DNA of 64,000 bases from Gammaproteobacteria bacterium (GCA_004213955.1 SGZL01000005.1:401-64400); one strand, 5' to 3'; counted from the stretch's first letter, positions 29,035 through 39,870 are shown. The notes: a model not told the origin generated them from the sequence alone. Program-made: numbers and translations.

Positions 29035-29910
29035 TAAATCTTGAGGATAAAAAGATTCTTCGCCTTCGGGTCTATTTTTGAATCTTCTATGCGACCACAA
29101 ATAGTTTTCTGGGTTTTTAGAAATAAATTCCTCAATTTCATAATTTATTTGTCTTAAATCTTTTTCTATATCAACGCCATCTAGTAATAATTTGTCTAAG
29201 TGAGCTACATATTTAAATCCTTTCTTTTCAAGAGAAAATAAATAAATATCACAATTTGATCTTTTTTTAGCAATGTAAGGAAATTTCACCGTTAATGCTT
29301 TATGACCAAAAAAATTAACAAAGATAGAGTTCTTATAGCCGTAATCCTGATCTGGAGCATACAGACAAGCTTTTCCTATTTTTAAATAATTTAGAAGCTC
29401 AAGAATTTCCTTTGGATTGAAAATTCTTTCAGTAAATTTCTTTCGACTTGCTTTAAATAAATTATCAACAATCTTATTACTTTGTGGTCTAGCCATTCCT
29501 GATACAGGCATAAATAACGAAGCTGCTCTAACAACCAAATCTAAATTTGGAGTATGCATGAATAAAAGTAATTTTCCTTTTGAAGAACTAAGATCGTTTG
29601 AAGTTTTTTTCAAATCTTCAAAATTTACAATTAGCTTTTGTAGTTTTTTATCAGAGGCCCAGAAAGCATTTAAAAATTCAAAAAGAGATTCTCCCAGCCT
29701 TATAAAACTTTGTTTTAAAATTGAGTTTATTTCGGTTTCGCTTTTTTTAGGAAAGCATTTTTTTAAATTCCATCTTGAAATTTCTCTTCTTTTTTTAAAA
29801 GACATAAAAAAAATAATGCCTAATAACCGCCCGAGAAAATATTGGAGTCTTTGTGGCAAGATACTCAATATTTTTAATAATAAATATATAAAATATTCCA
29901 GTATGCTCAT
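29020..29910 (-). CDS. lpxL: Lipid A late acyltransferase (LpxL/HtrB family)
   Basis: HTPNLD (HxxxxD/E), APDQD, FVNFFG, PENYLWSHRRFKNRP; divergent from waaA. Confidence 0.85.
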   Translation of the reverse strand: MSILEYFIYLLLKILSILPQRLQYFLGRLLGIIFFMSFKKRREISRWNLKKCFPKKSETEINSILKQSFIRLGESLFEFLNAFWASDKKLQKLIVNFEDLKKTSNDLSSSKGKLLLFMHTPNLDLVVRAASLFMPVSGMARPQSNKIVDNLFKASRKKFTERIFNPKEILELLNYLKIGKACLYAPDQDYGYKNSIFVNFFGHKALTVKFPYIAKKRSNCDIYLFSLEKKGFKYVAHLDKLLLDGVDIEKDLRQINYEIEEFISKNPENYLWSHRRFKNRPEGEESFYPQDLLRRG

Positions 29911-29984
29911 ATTTTTATTTTAACTTACTCAAAAGTACTAAATTAATTATTTTGTATATATCCGTCTGATAAAATGAAACAGAA

Positions 29985-31217
29985 ATGATTTTCTATAATC
30001 TTTTTTTGTATTTCCTTTTTCCTTTTGCAATCTTACGCTTGTTCTCAAAAAAAGAATTTAATGCTGCGCAAATCTCTAGAATTAAAGAAAGATTGGGTCC
30101 CAAGGAGTATACAAATTGCAAAGAACCTATATGGATTCATGCAGTTTCAGTTGGGGAGGTAAAGGTAGCTGCTTTGTTAGTTAAAGAATTAAAAAAAAAA
30201 TATCCTAATTCAAATTTTCTAATCACTACCTCCACAGTCACGGGATCAAATGAAGTAAATAAAAATTTTAGTACTGAAATAGCGCATCAATATCTTCCCT
30301 ACGATTTAAATAGTTTTATAAAAAAATTTTTGAGCAGTCTAAATCCTAAATGTTTGATTTTGGTTGAAACGGAAATTTGGCCAAATTTAATTAATAATTG
30401 TAATAGAGCTAACATACCAGTAATTCTTCTCAACGGTCGAATGTCTGAAAAGTCATTAAGCAAATATCTAAAATTCCCAAAATTTTTCAACAAAATCTTT
30501 TCAAAATTAGATTTAGTCGTGGCGCAAAGTAAGAGTGATTTAGAGAATTTTAAAAAACTTGGCGTTGATTCAAAATCTATTACCGAAGATTATTCTCTAA
30601 AATTTTCTAAATCATCTAGTGAAGAAAGCTTTGAGACTATAAAAAAGAATCCACGCGAATCTTCAAAAAAAATTATCGTCTGTGCCAGCACCCATCCAAA
30701 CGAAGAAGTTTTTTTAATAGATAGTTTTTCAAAACTCGATAATACTAAATTTCATTTAGTTTTGATTCCCAGACATACGCATAGAGCTTCTGAAATAACA
30801 GAAATTTTTGATGAAAAAAAACTAAGCTATGGAATATTTTCGGATTTTTTAGATTTAAATTCAGAAATAACACTTGTTGATAAAATGGGCTATGTTGAAT
30901 CTTTCTTTAAGATTGCCGACATCGCTTTTATAGGAGGGACCATAGTCCCTCATGGCGGTCAAAATTTTCTAGAAGCTGTGAAATACGGGTTGCCAATATT
31001 TTCAGGACCACATACTTACAATTTCAAGGATATTTCTGAAGATTTGCAAAGGCTTCAAATTTTAAATATCATAGATTCCATAGAGGATTTAGCGTTGGAA
31101 TGGGGAGAATTTCCACACGATTCACAAATCAAAGAGCTAAGTCAAAACTATCTTTCATCTAGACAGGGCGCCGTCCAGAGATCAGTTGAGAAACTAGTCG
31201 TTTTAGTGAAGGATTAG
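29985..31217 (+). CDS. waaA: Kdo transferase
   Basis: WIHAVSVGE, YLPYD, ETEIWPN, NGRMS, ASTHPNEE, PRH, GGQNFLE. Confidence 0.93.
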   Translation: MIFYNLFLYFLFPFAILRLFSKKEFNAAQISRIKERLGPKEYTNCKEPIWIHAVSVGEVKVAALLVKELKKKYPNSNFLITTSTVTGSNEVNKNFSTEIAHQYLPYDLNSFIKKFLSSLNPKCLILVETEIWPNLINNCNRANIPVILLNGRMSEKSLSKYLKFPKFFNKIFSKLDLVVAQSKSDLENFKKLGVDSKSITEDYSLKFSKSSSEESFETIKKNPRESSKKIIVCASTHPNEEVFLIDSFSKLDNTKFHLVLIPRHTHRASEITEIFDEKKLSYGIFSDFLDLNSEITLVDKMGYVESFFKIADIAFIGGTIVPHGGQNFLEAVKYGLPIFSGPHTYNFKDISEDLQRLQILNIIDSIEDLALEWGEFPHDSQIKELSQNYLSSRQGAVQRSVEKLVVLVKD

Positions 31218-31243
31218 TTGTTTTTATTTGAGGGAGGAATTTT

Positions 31244-31582
31244 GTGAAGTTTGTTACTGCAGTCATTAAACCATTAAAATTGGATGAGATAAGGTGTGCT
31301 TTAGACAAACTTAACGTTACCGGCTTAACAGTCTCAGATGTCAAAGGCTTTGGGAGGCAAAAAGGAACCACCGAACTCTATAGAGGCCACGAATACAAAA
31401 CAGACTTTTTACCTAAATTGAAAATTGAAGTCGCACTAAAAGACTCGCAGGTTAATGATGTGATTGACGCAATATCTGAAGTTGCGAATACTGGAAAAAT
31501 AGGCGATGGAAAGATATTTGTTTACGATCTAGAAAAGGTTACTAGAATTAGGACTGGAGAGATCGACGAAGAAGCGATTTGA
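31244..31582 (+). CDS. glnB: Nitrogen regulatory protein P-II (GlnB/GlnK family)
   Basis: 112 aa; IKPLKLD, GFGRQKG, YRGHEY (Tyr51 retained), FLPK, TGKIGDGKIFV, RIRTGE; SD GGAGG. No amtB next to it. Confidence 0.9.
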   Translation: MKFVTAVIKPLKLDEIRCALDKLNVTGLTVSDVKGFGRQKGTTELYRGHEYKTDFLPKLKIEVALKDSQVNDVIDAISEVANTGKIGDGKIFVYDLEKVTRIRTGEIDEEAI

Positions 31583-31619
31583 ATATTCTTTCGGTAAATT
31601 TTATTTTAAAAAATTATAA

Positions 31620-32528
31620 GTGAAACCACTAATTGCTATTTATGGACCTACCCATACTGGCAAAACGGACTTAGCAAAAGATTTATACTCAAAACTACCT
31701 TCTGAATTAATTAGTGTTGATTCAGTACAAATATACAAAGGTTTTGATATAGGCAGTAACAAGCCTGAGAAAAAAGAATTACAAAAATACCCCCATCATC
31801 TAATTGATATTTTAGAACCTAACGAAACATTTTCCGTTGGGGATTTTAAAAAAAGAAGTATAGAAATCCTTCGTAAAGCAGATAATCAATCAAAGCTCCC
31901 TATTTTTGTGGGAGGGACAATGATGTATTTTTACAGTTTATTAGAAGGTTTAGCAGAGCTGCCAGAGCGAGACGACTTAATAAGAGCAGAATTAATATGT
32001 GACATGGAGGCTCTTGGTTTGGCTTCTTTATATGAAAGATTGAAAGAGTTAGATCCAGAAGCAGCGCAAGTAATTCATCCTCATGATAGTCAAAGAATAA
32101 TAAGGGCAATAGAAGTTTGCTTAATATCAAACGATAAGTTCAGCAAAATTCAAAAGTACGCAGTGACGGAAAATATTTTAAAGAGAAAGATTTTGACCTT
32201 TGCAATAATTCCTCAAGATAGACAACAATATAAAATTGAACTTTATGAAAGATTTAAGTCAATGATAAAAAAAGGATTGGTAGATGAAGTCAGAAGCATA
32301 AGAGATAGATTTTCAAAGAATCTGCCAGCTTTGAAGGCAGTTGGGTATAAGCAGTGCTTAGATTTTCTTGACGGGAAAATAAACGAAGAAGAGTTTCTAA
32401 CCAAAGCTGTGAATGCCACTTATCAGTTGTCTAAAAGGCAAATCACCTGGCTTAATAAGTTGACCACTACCTCAATTTTTCAAAAAGATGAATCGAATAA
32501 AGTTATAAAGATTGAATCATTTTTGTAA
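31620..32528 (+). CDS. miaA: tRNA dimethylallyltransferase
   Basis: GPTHTGKT, ISVDSVQIYKGFDIG, PHHLID, VGGTMMY, AVGYKQ, KRQITW. Confidence 0.94.
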   Translation: MKPLIAIYGPTHTGKTDLAKDLYSKLPSELISVDSVQIYKGFDIGSNKPEKKELQKYPHHLIDILEPNETFSVGDFKKRSIEILRKADNQSKLPIFVGGTMMYFYSLLEGLAELPERDDLIRAELICDMEALGLASLYERLKELDPEAAQVIHPHDSQRIIRAIEVCLISNDKFSKIQKYAVTENILKRKILTFAIIPQDRQQYKIELYERFKSMIKKGLVDEVRSIRDRFSKNLPALKAVGYKQCLDFLDGKINEEEFLTKAVNATYQLSKRQITWLNKLTTTSIFQKDESNKVIKIESFL

Positions 32529-32573
32529 ATCTAGTGTTTCTTTATTCTTAATCAACACATAAAATACGCATCT

Positions 32574-33719
32574 ATGTCATGGAACGATCAAAACAATAAT
32601 AACAATGGCTCAAGAGATCCTTGGGGGAACAAAAATGATGCCCCAGATATCGATGAGGCCATTAAAAGATTTAAAGCAATTTTCGGCCCAATTTTTGGGG
32701 GAAGTTCTGGCGGCGGCGGTGGTGGCAAAAAAGTGGGCTTCTCGAAATATATTTCTTATTTCTTTGTTGCTCTAATTATTCTTTACGGAGCTGCTGGTAT
32801 CTACACAGTTGATGCGCAGGAAGAGGCAGTGATTTTAAGATTTGGTGAGTACACAGATACCAAAGGCCCTGGTATTCATTGGAATCCTCCACTAATTGAT
32901 ACGAGATCAATAGTTAACACTGAAAAATTATTTACACACACTACTAATTCCTCAATGCTTACTAAAGATGAGAATATTGTGAACGTAGAGGTAGCTGTTC
33001 AATATAAAAGATCTAATCCAGTCTTCTTTCTTTTAGAGGCGTCAGCACCAGAAGATAGTTTATCTCAGGCTGCTGAATCGGCTCTTAGACATGTTGTTGG
33101 CAGTAATACCATGGATAGTGTATTGACCACTGGAAGAGAACAAATTGCTACCGACGTGAGAAGTAGATTACAAGAACGACTAAATACTTATTCTACTGGT
33201 ATTGAAGTGGTTACAGTTTCGATAAGAGAATCCAGACCACCCGAAGCAGTTAGAGCAGCTTTTGATGACGTGGTTAAGGCTAGAGAAGACGAGGTCACTT
33301 TAAAAAACCAAGCAGAAACTTATGCTAACGAAATTGTTCCAATTGCGAGAGGGGCAGCGAAAAGAGCTATCCAAGATGCTGAAGGTTACAAAGCCAAAGT
33401 CATATCTGAGGCTACTGGTGAAGCAACAAGATTTGATCAACTGCTGGCTGAATATAAGAAATCGCCAAAGGTTACTAGAGAGAGGCTTTACTTAGACGCT
33501 GTTCAATCAGTTATGTCTAACAGTACAAAGGTCATGATAGATGTGAAAAATGGAAACAACATTATGTATTTGCCTTTGGATCAAATTGCTGCGGCTTCAT
33601 CACTTCGACCTTCTGAACAGCAAAACAATTCTACTTCCAATGCACTAAATCCTAATGCAATAGAAGATCTCACTGACCGAGTCATTGAGGAAATTAGAAA
33701 AAGGCAAGAGAGGAGATAA
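32574..33719 (+). CDS. hflK: FtsH modulator HflK
   Basis: MSWN...DPWG...PDIDE, Gly-rich linker, MLTKDENIV, AFDDVVKARED, VTRERLYLD. Confidence 0.95.
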   Translation: MSWNDQNNNNNGSRDPWGNKNDAPDIDEAIKRFKAIFGPIFGGSSGGGGGGKKVGFSKYISYFFVALIILYGAAGIYTVDAQEEAVILRFGEYTDTKGPGIHWNPPLIDTRSIVNTEKLFTHTTNSSMLTKDENIVNVEVAVQYKRSNPVFFLLEASAPEDSLSQAAESALRHVVGSNTMDSVLTTGREQIATDVRSRLQERLNTYSTGIEVVTVSIRESRPPEAVRAAFDDVVKAREDEVTLKNQAETYANEIVPIARGAAKRAIQDAEGYKAKVISEATGEATRFDQLLAEYKKSPKVTRERLYLDAVQSVMSNSTKVMIDVKNGNNIMYLPLDQIAAASSLRPSEQQNNSTSNALNPNAIEDLTDRVIEEIRKRQERR

Positions 33720-33720
33720 A

Positions 33721-34608
33721 ATGGGTTCGATGAGATTAGGTTTTATAGGTTTGACCTTATTATTAATAATAATAATTGCTAACAGTATTTATATTGTCAC
33801 TGACAAACAAACAGCAATCTTATTAAGATTTGGAGAAATAGTTAACCCAAAAATAGAGTCTGGTTTGCATTTTAAAGTGCCTATTCTTCACACTGTAAGA
33901 AAATTTGATTCGCGTGTTCTCACCTTAGACGCCATTCCGCAGCCATATTTTACGGCTGAAAAAAAACGTTTAATTGTTGATGCTTTCGTAAAATGGCGTA
34001 TCACGGACAATGAACAATTTTACATTACCTCATCTGGTGGTCAGTTAGGAGCATTGAGAACGCTACTTACTCAAAGGGTTGATGAAGGTTTAAGGAACCA
34101 ATTTGGGGTTCGTACAGTCCAAGATGTGATTTCAGGTGAAAGAGATCAATTAATGAGCGCCTTAACTACAGATTTAAATATTGTTGCCAATCAAGAATTA
34201 GGAATAGAAGTCATTGACGTAAGAGTAAAGAAAATTGAGCTTCCTAATGAAGTAAATGATTCAGTCTACAACAGGATGAGAACTGAGAGAGAAAGGCTTG
34301 CCCAAGAATTAAGAGCTGAAGGAAATGAGCTCGCCGAAGAAATTAGAGCTAATGCCGATAAAGAAAGAACGGTCATCTTAGCTGAAGCATATAAATTAGC
34401 TGAGATTTTAAAGGGTGAAGGCGATGCTGAAGCGACCGGAATTTACGCAAAAGCCTTTGACAAAGATCCTGAATTTTATGAATTCACCAGAAGCTTGAAT
34501 GCTTATCAATCAACTTTCCAGAATAAATCAGATGTATTACTGATTGATCCCGAAAGTGACTTTTTTAAATATTTAGACAGTTCAACTGGCTCGCAAGATC
34601 AAGAATAA
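33721..34608 (+). CDS. hflC: FtsH modulator HflC
   Basis: LRFGE, GLHFKVP, EKKRLIVD, VYNRMRTERE, DPEFYEFTRSL, SDFFKY. Start ATG 33721 preferred. Confidence 0.95.
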   Translation: MGSMRLGFIGLTLLLIIIIANSIYIVTDKQTAILLRFGEIVNPKIESGLHFKVPILHTVRKFDSRVLTLDAIPQPYFTAEKKRLIVDAFVKWRITDNEQFYITSSGGQLGALRTLLTQRVDEGLRNQFGVRTVQDVISGERDQLMSALTTDLNIVANQELGIEVIDVRVKKIELPNEVNDSVYNRMRTERERLAQELRAEGNELAEEIRANADKERTVILAEAYKLAEILKGEGDAEATGIYAKAFDKDPEFYEFTRSLNAYQSTFQNKSDVLLIDPESDFFKYLDSSTGSQDQE

Positions 34609-34610
34609 CA

Positions 34611-35564
34611 ATGCCCTCAAATTCTTCTAATCTTCCTGATGGAGTAGAAGATTTAACTTCTCTTGATGCCTCAGAGTTAGAAACGCTTAAAAGATCATTA
34701 ATAGACTTTTATCAATCAAAGAATTTTCAATTAACTTATCCCTCCTTAGTTGAATTTGCTGATGCGATTGGAGGCACACAAAATTCTTCTTTGAGAGAGT
34801 CCGCCTTTACATTTTTCGACGATTTATCTTCAAATGAACTGGCGATTCGTCCAGATATCTCACAACAAATAGCAAGAATTGACCAGGCAGAAGAATCAGA
34901 AAAAGAACAAAGATATTGTTATGTTGGTGAAGTTTTAAAAAAGAGAAAAGATTCTTTTAGTCGATCTAGAATTACCATAAAAGCCGGAGTTGAAATTTTT
35001 GGCGGCGGAGATAATAAATATGAGGTATTAAGTTTATTGTCAGATAGTGTGAAAATCGGAAACTTAAATGAGTTAACTTTGTCTTTTGGAAAAACTGAAA
35101 TTTTGAATGAGGTTTTGGAGCCTTTAGATCTCGATTTCGACGACAGTATTAGCTTAAATAAAATAATTTCTTCTAAGTCAAAATCAGATTTGTCTGCTTG
35201 GGTAAAAGAAAAGAAGATCAGTAATGAAGAAGCAAACAAGTTACTAACTTTAATAGATTGCAATGGAGATTTATCAGTAATTTCTAAACTTCAAAATATT
35301 GAAACGAGCGAAGGGCATCTTTCTGAAATTCAAGAAATATGGGACTTTATTGAAAAAGAGACCTGTTTCAAACCTCACATTGATTTGACAGATTTCCCTG
35401 GCTTTAATTATCACGATGGATTAGTTTTTTCAGCACACTCAGATAGATATGGATTTTCAATTGCAAACGGTGGAAATTATTTTTCTCAAACATCGTCTGG
35501 AAAGTTAAGGTCTGCAATTGGCTTCGATCAAGATATTATTGCAATGATAAAATTAAAGGCATAG
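34611..35564 (+). CDS. hisZ: ATP phosphoribosyltransferase regulatory subunit HisZ (short)
   Basis: LPDGVED, IRPDISQQIARID, RYCYVGEV, AGVEIFG, YHDGLVF, NGGNY, AIGF; hflC-hisZ-purA synteny. Confidence 0.85.
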   Translation: MPSNSSNLPDGVEDLTSLDASELETLKRSLIDFYQSKNFQLTYPSLVEFADAIGGTQNSSLRESAFTFFDDLSSNELAIRPDISQQIARIDQAEESEKEQRYCYVGEVLKKRKDSFSRSRITIKAGVEIFGGGDNKYEVLSLLSDSVKIGNLNELTLSFGKTEILNEVLEPLDLDFDDSISLNKIISSKSKSDLSAWVKEKKISNEEANKLLTLIDCNGDLSVISKLQNIETSEGHLSEIQEIWDFIEKETCFKPHIDLTDFPGFNYHDGLVFSAHSDRYGFSIANGGNYFSQTSSGKLRSAIGFDQDIIAMIKLKA

Positions 35565-35567
35565 ATT

Positions 35568-36851
35568 GTGAAAAATAATTTTGCTGTATTGGGACTTCAA
35601 TGGGGAGATGAAGGAAAAGGGAAAATCGTAAATTTTTTATCAGACAGGGCAGATGCAGCTTGTCGATATCAGGGAGGACATAATGCCGGACATACACTTA
35701 TTATTAATGACGAGAAAATAGTTCTTCACCTCTTACCTTCGTCTATTTGTCATAAAAATGCTCTGTCTTTGATAGGCAAAGGGGTTGTAATATCCTGTGA
35801 AGCTTTGTTTGAAGAAATAGAAAAAATTGAACCAATTGCAAAAAATATTCAAGAACGTTTAAAAATTAGCCCTGCTTGTTCACTCATTCAGCCTTACCAT
35901 ATTCTAGTTGATCAACTAAAGGAAAAATCTAACAGCTTTAATACCATCGGCACTACCTTAAGAGGAATTGGACCTGCTTATGAAGATAAAGTTGCAAGAC
36001 GTGCTATTAGAATAATTGATACGTTGGAAGAAGCAAAGTTGACAGAAAAATTAGAAGAAAACGTATCCTTTTATAATTTTTGGTTAGAAAACTATTTTGG
36101 TCATGAAAAATTAGATTATGAAAAAATTAAAGATCAAAATCTCGCATACGGGGAAAAACTAAAACCACTGTTAGCAGACGTGTCCTCTGTAATCCAGTCA
36201 CTTAATGATTCTGGTAAGAGGGTCTTATTTGAAGGAGCACAAGGAGCTTTATTGGATGTAGATCAAGGTACTTATCCATTTGTGACCTCAAGCAATTGTT
36301 CTCCAGCAGGGATAGCTTCGGGAGCAGGTATCGGCCCTTTAGATGTGAATTACATCCTTGGGGTAGTTAAAGCATACGTGACGCGAGTTGGCGAAGGACC
36401 CATGCCAACTGAAATTCATGATGCTTTAGGCGAAGAGATTGCCAATAAAGGAGGAGAAGTTGGTGCAACTACTGGCAGGCCAAGACGATGTGGTTGGTTT
36501 GATGCAGTTACAGTGAAAAGAATAATAAGATCAAATAATGTATCTGCTTTGTGTTTAACTAAAATAGATGTTTTAGATTTTTTAGAGACGATAAAAATTT
36601 GTGTTGATTACGATTATAAAGACGGTACGAATGATTATGCAGAGTGCATGGATCTAGAATCTGCTGAACCTAAATACATTGAGTGCAAAGGGTGGAAGAC
36701 TTCATTGAAAGGTATAAATCGATACGAAGATTTGCCTTTGGAGGCTATTGAATTCATAAAAAAAGTTGAGGAAGTATGCGAGCTTCCCGTTGACATTATT
36801 TCTACTGGACCCAACGATATGGGAACGATTGTAGTTAATAAAGATATCTAG
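35568..36851 (+). CDS. purA: Adenylosuccinate synthetase
   Basis: GLQWGDEGKGK, GGHNAGHT, GIGPAYEDK, FEGAQG, GATTGRPRRCGW. Confidence 0.97.
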   Translation: MKNNFAVLGLQWGDEGKGKIVNFLSDRADAACRYQGGHNAGHTLIINDEKIVLHLLPSSICHKNALSLIGKGVVISCEALFEEIEKIEPIAKNIQERLKISPACSLIQPYHILVDQLKEKSNSFNTIGTTLRGIGPAYEDKVARRAIRIIDTLEEAKLTEKLEENVSFYNFWLENYFGHEKLDYEKIKDQNLAYGEKLKPLLADVSSVIQSLNDSGKRVLFEGAQGALLDVDQGTYPFVTSSNCSPAGIASGAGIGPLDVNYILGVVKAYVTRVGEGPMPTEIHDALGEEIANKGGEVGATTGRPRRCGWFDAVTVKRIIRSNNVSALCLTKIDVLDFLETIKICVDYDYKDGTNDYAECMDLESAEPKYIECKGWKTSLKGINRYEDLPLEAIEFIKKVEEVCELPVDIISTGPNDMGTIVVNKDI

Positions 36852-37249
36852 TTTTTTACTTTATCTAAGACGGCATTAATAAATTTATAGCTCGAATCCT
36901 GTCCATATTTTTTTGCTAACCTAATGGCTTCGCTCAGTGAGATGGAACGATCTATAGAATTTTTTTTCATTTCATGAATCATTGATCTTAATATAGAGAT
37001 CTCAATTTCTCCGATGTCGTCTAACTTAATCTTTGAGTTTGCAATAATTATTTCGTCGATAGTTTTTTGGTCTTTTTTAATCCCTTTTAAAATTTCATTT
37101 AGCTCAGTTAAATCAAGCTTTTTATGTCTTTCCTTTAATTGTTTTAAAACTTCGGTATTGGAGTCACCACTGATCTCTTTTTGATACAAAGCTTGAAGCA
37201 GTAACTCTCTTTTTTTTGCTGGAGAAGGAATTACTTTTTGCTTAGCCAT
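36848..37249 (-). CDS. nusB: Transcription antitermination factor NusB
   Basis: RELLLQALYQ, SILR, EAIRLAKKYG...FINAVLD; follows ribH. Confidence 0.9.
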   Translation of the reverse strand: MAKQKVIPSPAKKRELLLQALYQKEISGDSNTEVLKQLKERHKKLDLTELNEILKGIKKDQKTIDEIIIANSKIKLDDIGEIEISILRSMIHEMKKNSIDRSISLSEAIRLAKKYGQDSSYKFINAVLDKVKN

Positions 37250-37685
37250 CTAATTCATCAAGCAAAGCAAGAGTGCTTAATGCCAATTCTTTGCCTTTAG
37301 TTTTCGATCTCTCTATAGCTTGATCAATATTATTAGTTGTGAGAACTCCAAAAATAACGGGTTTGTTTAATTCAATTCCAAGGGTCATTACTTGATCACT
37401 AACTGATTGGGCAATGATATCAAAGTGAGGTGTTTCGCCCTTGATGATTGCTCCTAAAGTTATGACGGCATCAAAAGAATTGGCTTTATTGTTTACCATG
37501 AAAGGAATTTCAAAAGCTCCGGGCACAGTGACTGTCGAAAAATTAGCGTTCACTTGAGTCAAAACATCTGAGCAATCATCCAACATTGGTTGAATTACCT
37601 CCTCGTTCCAATTAGTTTTGACAATTAAAATATTTGAATTTGAATAATCACTTTTTTTTAAAACTAAATCTAAAACCTTTTTCAT
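37242..37685 (-). CDS. ribH: 6,7-dimethyl-8-ribityllumazine synthase
   Basis: VPGAFEIP, LGAIIKGETPHFD, PVIFGVLT, QAIERS. Confidence 0.95.
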   Translation of the reverse strand: MKKVLDLVLKKSDYSNSNILIVKTNWNEEVIQPMLDDCSDVLTQVNANFSTVTVPGAFEIPFMVNNKANSFDAVITLGAIIKGETPHFDIIAQSVSDQVMTLGIELNKPVIFGVLTTNNIDQAIERSKTKGKELALSTLALLDELDG

Positions 37686-38770
37686 TTTTGAATGTATTTA
37701 ACGACTTCTAAACCAAACCCAGAGATAGAAGGGTATCTTGTTTTAGAGCCAAGCAGAGCTATTTTTTGAACGCCTAAATCTCTTAAAATTTGTGAGCCAG
37801 CCCCGATTCTCCTGACATCTATTCCACCAGGAATGGACTGCTTGTAAGATTTTTTTAAATCCTGAATTTCTTCTTCTTTATCTTTTCCACCATCGATTAA
37901 AATTATTAAACCCGATCCATTTTTATTAATTTTTTTCATGGCAGCATCGAGCGACCATCTGCTTCCAAATTCTTCAATTTGTAAGGTGTCGTGTAAAAAG
38001 TTAGTTTGCTGGACTCTAACGTAAGTAGGTTTCGATTTGGTAATTTTTCCTTTTTTTAAAGCCAAATGAGTTTCACCCGTAATGCCATCTTTATATGAAA
38101 TGATTGTAAATTTCCCATGTTTTGTATTGACCGATTTTTGACTAATTTTTTCAACGGTTTTTTCATTTATGATTCGATAGTTGATTAAATCAGCTATCGT
38201 GCCAATTTTTAAATCATATTTCTTACTGAAAGCAACGAGGTCTTTTTTTCTGGCCATGGTTCCGTCTTCGTTCATAACCTCAACTATTACTGCAGCTGGA
38301 TTAAGACCAGCCAATTTACATAAATCAGTACTACCCTCGGTATGACCTGCTCTTGATAAAACTCCTCCTTTGATAGCTTTAACAGGAAAAACGTGTCCAG
38401 GAGAAACTATTTCGTTCGCTTTAGCATTGGCTTTAGAAGCCACTTTAATAGTCCTTGCTCGGTCGGCAGCAGAGATGCCAGTGCTAATGCCCGTGGCCGC
38501 TTCAATTGAAACAGTGAAACCGGTCCCATGACCACTTTTATTGTCGGTCACCATTTGATTAAGGTTAAGTTTTTTGCACTTCTCTTCACTTAAGGCCAAG
38601 CAAATTAAACCCCTGGCGTTTTTAGCCATAAAATTAATTTTGTCTGGAGAAACTTTTTCCCCAGCTAAAATAATATCGCCTTCGTTTTCTCGATCTTCGT
38701 CATCCATTAAGAGAACCATTTTGCCTTTCTTAATATCAGAGATAAGTTCTTCTGTTTTATTTAGTCCCAT
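37682..38770 (-). CDS. ribB: DHBP synthase fused to a degenerate GTP cyclohydrolase II-like domain (RibBX type)
   Basis: [43 protein letters not shown]; the C-terminal domain has no Cys residues. Confidence 0.92.
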   Translation of the reverse strand: MGLNKTEELISDIKKGKMVLLMDDEDRENEGDIILAGEKVSPDKINFMAKNARGLICLALSEEKCKKLNLNQMVTDNKSGHGTGFTVSIEAATGISTGISAADRARTIKVASKANAKANEIVSPGHVFPVKAIKGGVLSRAGHTEGSTDLCKLAGLNPAAVIVEVMNEDGTMARKKDLVAFSKKYDLKIGTIADLINYRIINEKTVEKISQKSVNTKHGKFTIISYKDGITGETHLALKKGKITKSKPTYVRVQQTNFLHDTLQIEEFGSRWSLDAAMKKINKNGSGLIILIDGGKDKEEEIQDLKKSYKQSIPGGIDVRRIGAGSQILRDLGVQKIALLGSKTRYPSISGFGLEVVKYIQK

Positions 38771-39870
38771 TTTTGTTTTTTTCTTAGAATAATTTTTTTA
38801 TCTATACCAACTTTTGTCGACTCAATTTTTTCATACTTTTCAGAAAGCATTGGATTCAATGAGCTTTTACCGTTAAAAAAATAATTTGCAGTATTTGATA
38901 GCATCTTGGGCGAGATGTAAATAATAAACTCATCTATTAAATTTGCTTTTATGAATGAAGTAAGAAGACCTGGACCAGCTTCGATTAAAACGTCTTTGTA
39001 ATTTAACTTTATCAAGCGGGATCTCAGATCTTTTAAATCTATCTTTGTGCCCTCACTTTTAACGGATTTGATTTCGGTGTTGGAAAGCTTTTTTGAGGCA
39101 GGAACTTTATTTTTTTTCGAGGTGAAAATAAGTTTTTTTGATTTGTCTTGAAAAAATTTAAATGTTTCAAAATCTAGCTGTGAATTAGTAATTACTGCTT
39201 TATCGGGTTGGCTAAAACCTTTTAGTTTAATTATTTTTTTGCTTCTTACGTTGAGACTTGGATTGTCGTTAATTAAAGTTCCGCCACCGGTAACGATTAA
39301 ATCAGATATCGCTCGATAATGTTGGGCATCGTTTCTTGAGGCTATAGAAGTAATCCATTTATTTTTTTTATTTTTGAAAGATGTTTTTCCATCTTTTGAC
39401 ATTGCAATTTTTGCTCTAATGTAAGGACTAGTGGTATTAATCTTTTTAAAAAATCCTTGATTAATATCCAAGCTTTTTTGCTTAATCTGTCTAATTTTGA
39501 ATCCAGACTTAATCAATTCCTGAATTCCATATTGAGACGTATCTTCATGCCCAATTACAATTTCTTTGAAATCATATTTTTTTAATTCATCAACACAAGG
39601 AGGGGTTTTACCAGTTGTGCTGCAGGGCTCTAAAGAAATGAAAATTGAACTTTGACTCAATACTGTTTCGTAAGACTTAGGGTATTTTCTTTTTAAGCTG
39701 TTGATGGCATTTATCTCTGCATGCGATCCTCCGTATTCTTCATACCAGCCTTTGCTTAGAATTTTATTGTTTTTAACAATCACACAACCAACATTCACCC
39801 CGGGTTTGGTTGAATATTGGCCAAGTTTAGCTAATTCATATGCCTCAGCCATGAATTTTTTTTTAGTCAT
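38761..39870 (-). CDS. ribD: Riboflavin deaminase/reductase
   Basis: VGCVIV, HAE, SLEPC...[27 protein letters not shown]. Confidence 0.93.
   Translation of the reverse strand: MTKKKFMAEAYELAKLGQYSTKPGVNVGCVIVKNNKILSKGWYEEYGGSHAEINAINSLKRKYPKSYETVLSQSSIFISLEPCSTTGKTPPCVDELKKYDFKEIVIGHEDTSQYGIQELIKSGFKIRQIKQKSLDINQGFFKKINTTSPYIRAKIAMSKDGKTSFKNKKNKWITSIASRNDAQHYRAISDLIVTGGGTLINDNPSLNVRSKKIIKLKGFSQPDKAVITNSQLDFETFKFFQDKSKKLIFTSKKNKVPASKKLSNTEIKSVKSEGTKIDLKDLRSRLIKLNYKDVLIEAGPGLLTSFIKANLIDEFIIYISPKMLSNTANYFFNGKSSLNPMLSEKYEKIESTKVGIDKKIILRKKQKWD

Noticed and set aside
29417-29923. 168-aa ORF antisense to lpxL
   Set aside because: Almost entirely overlaps a clear lpxL, has no recognisable motif, and has the F/L/K/S composition typical of antisense frames in AT-rich DNA.
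32696-32727. GGC/GGT microsatellite-like tract
   Set aside because: Encodes the normal Gly-rich linker of HflK.
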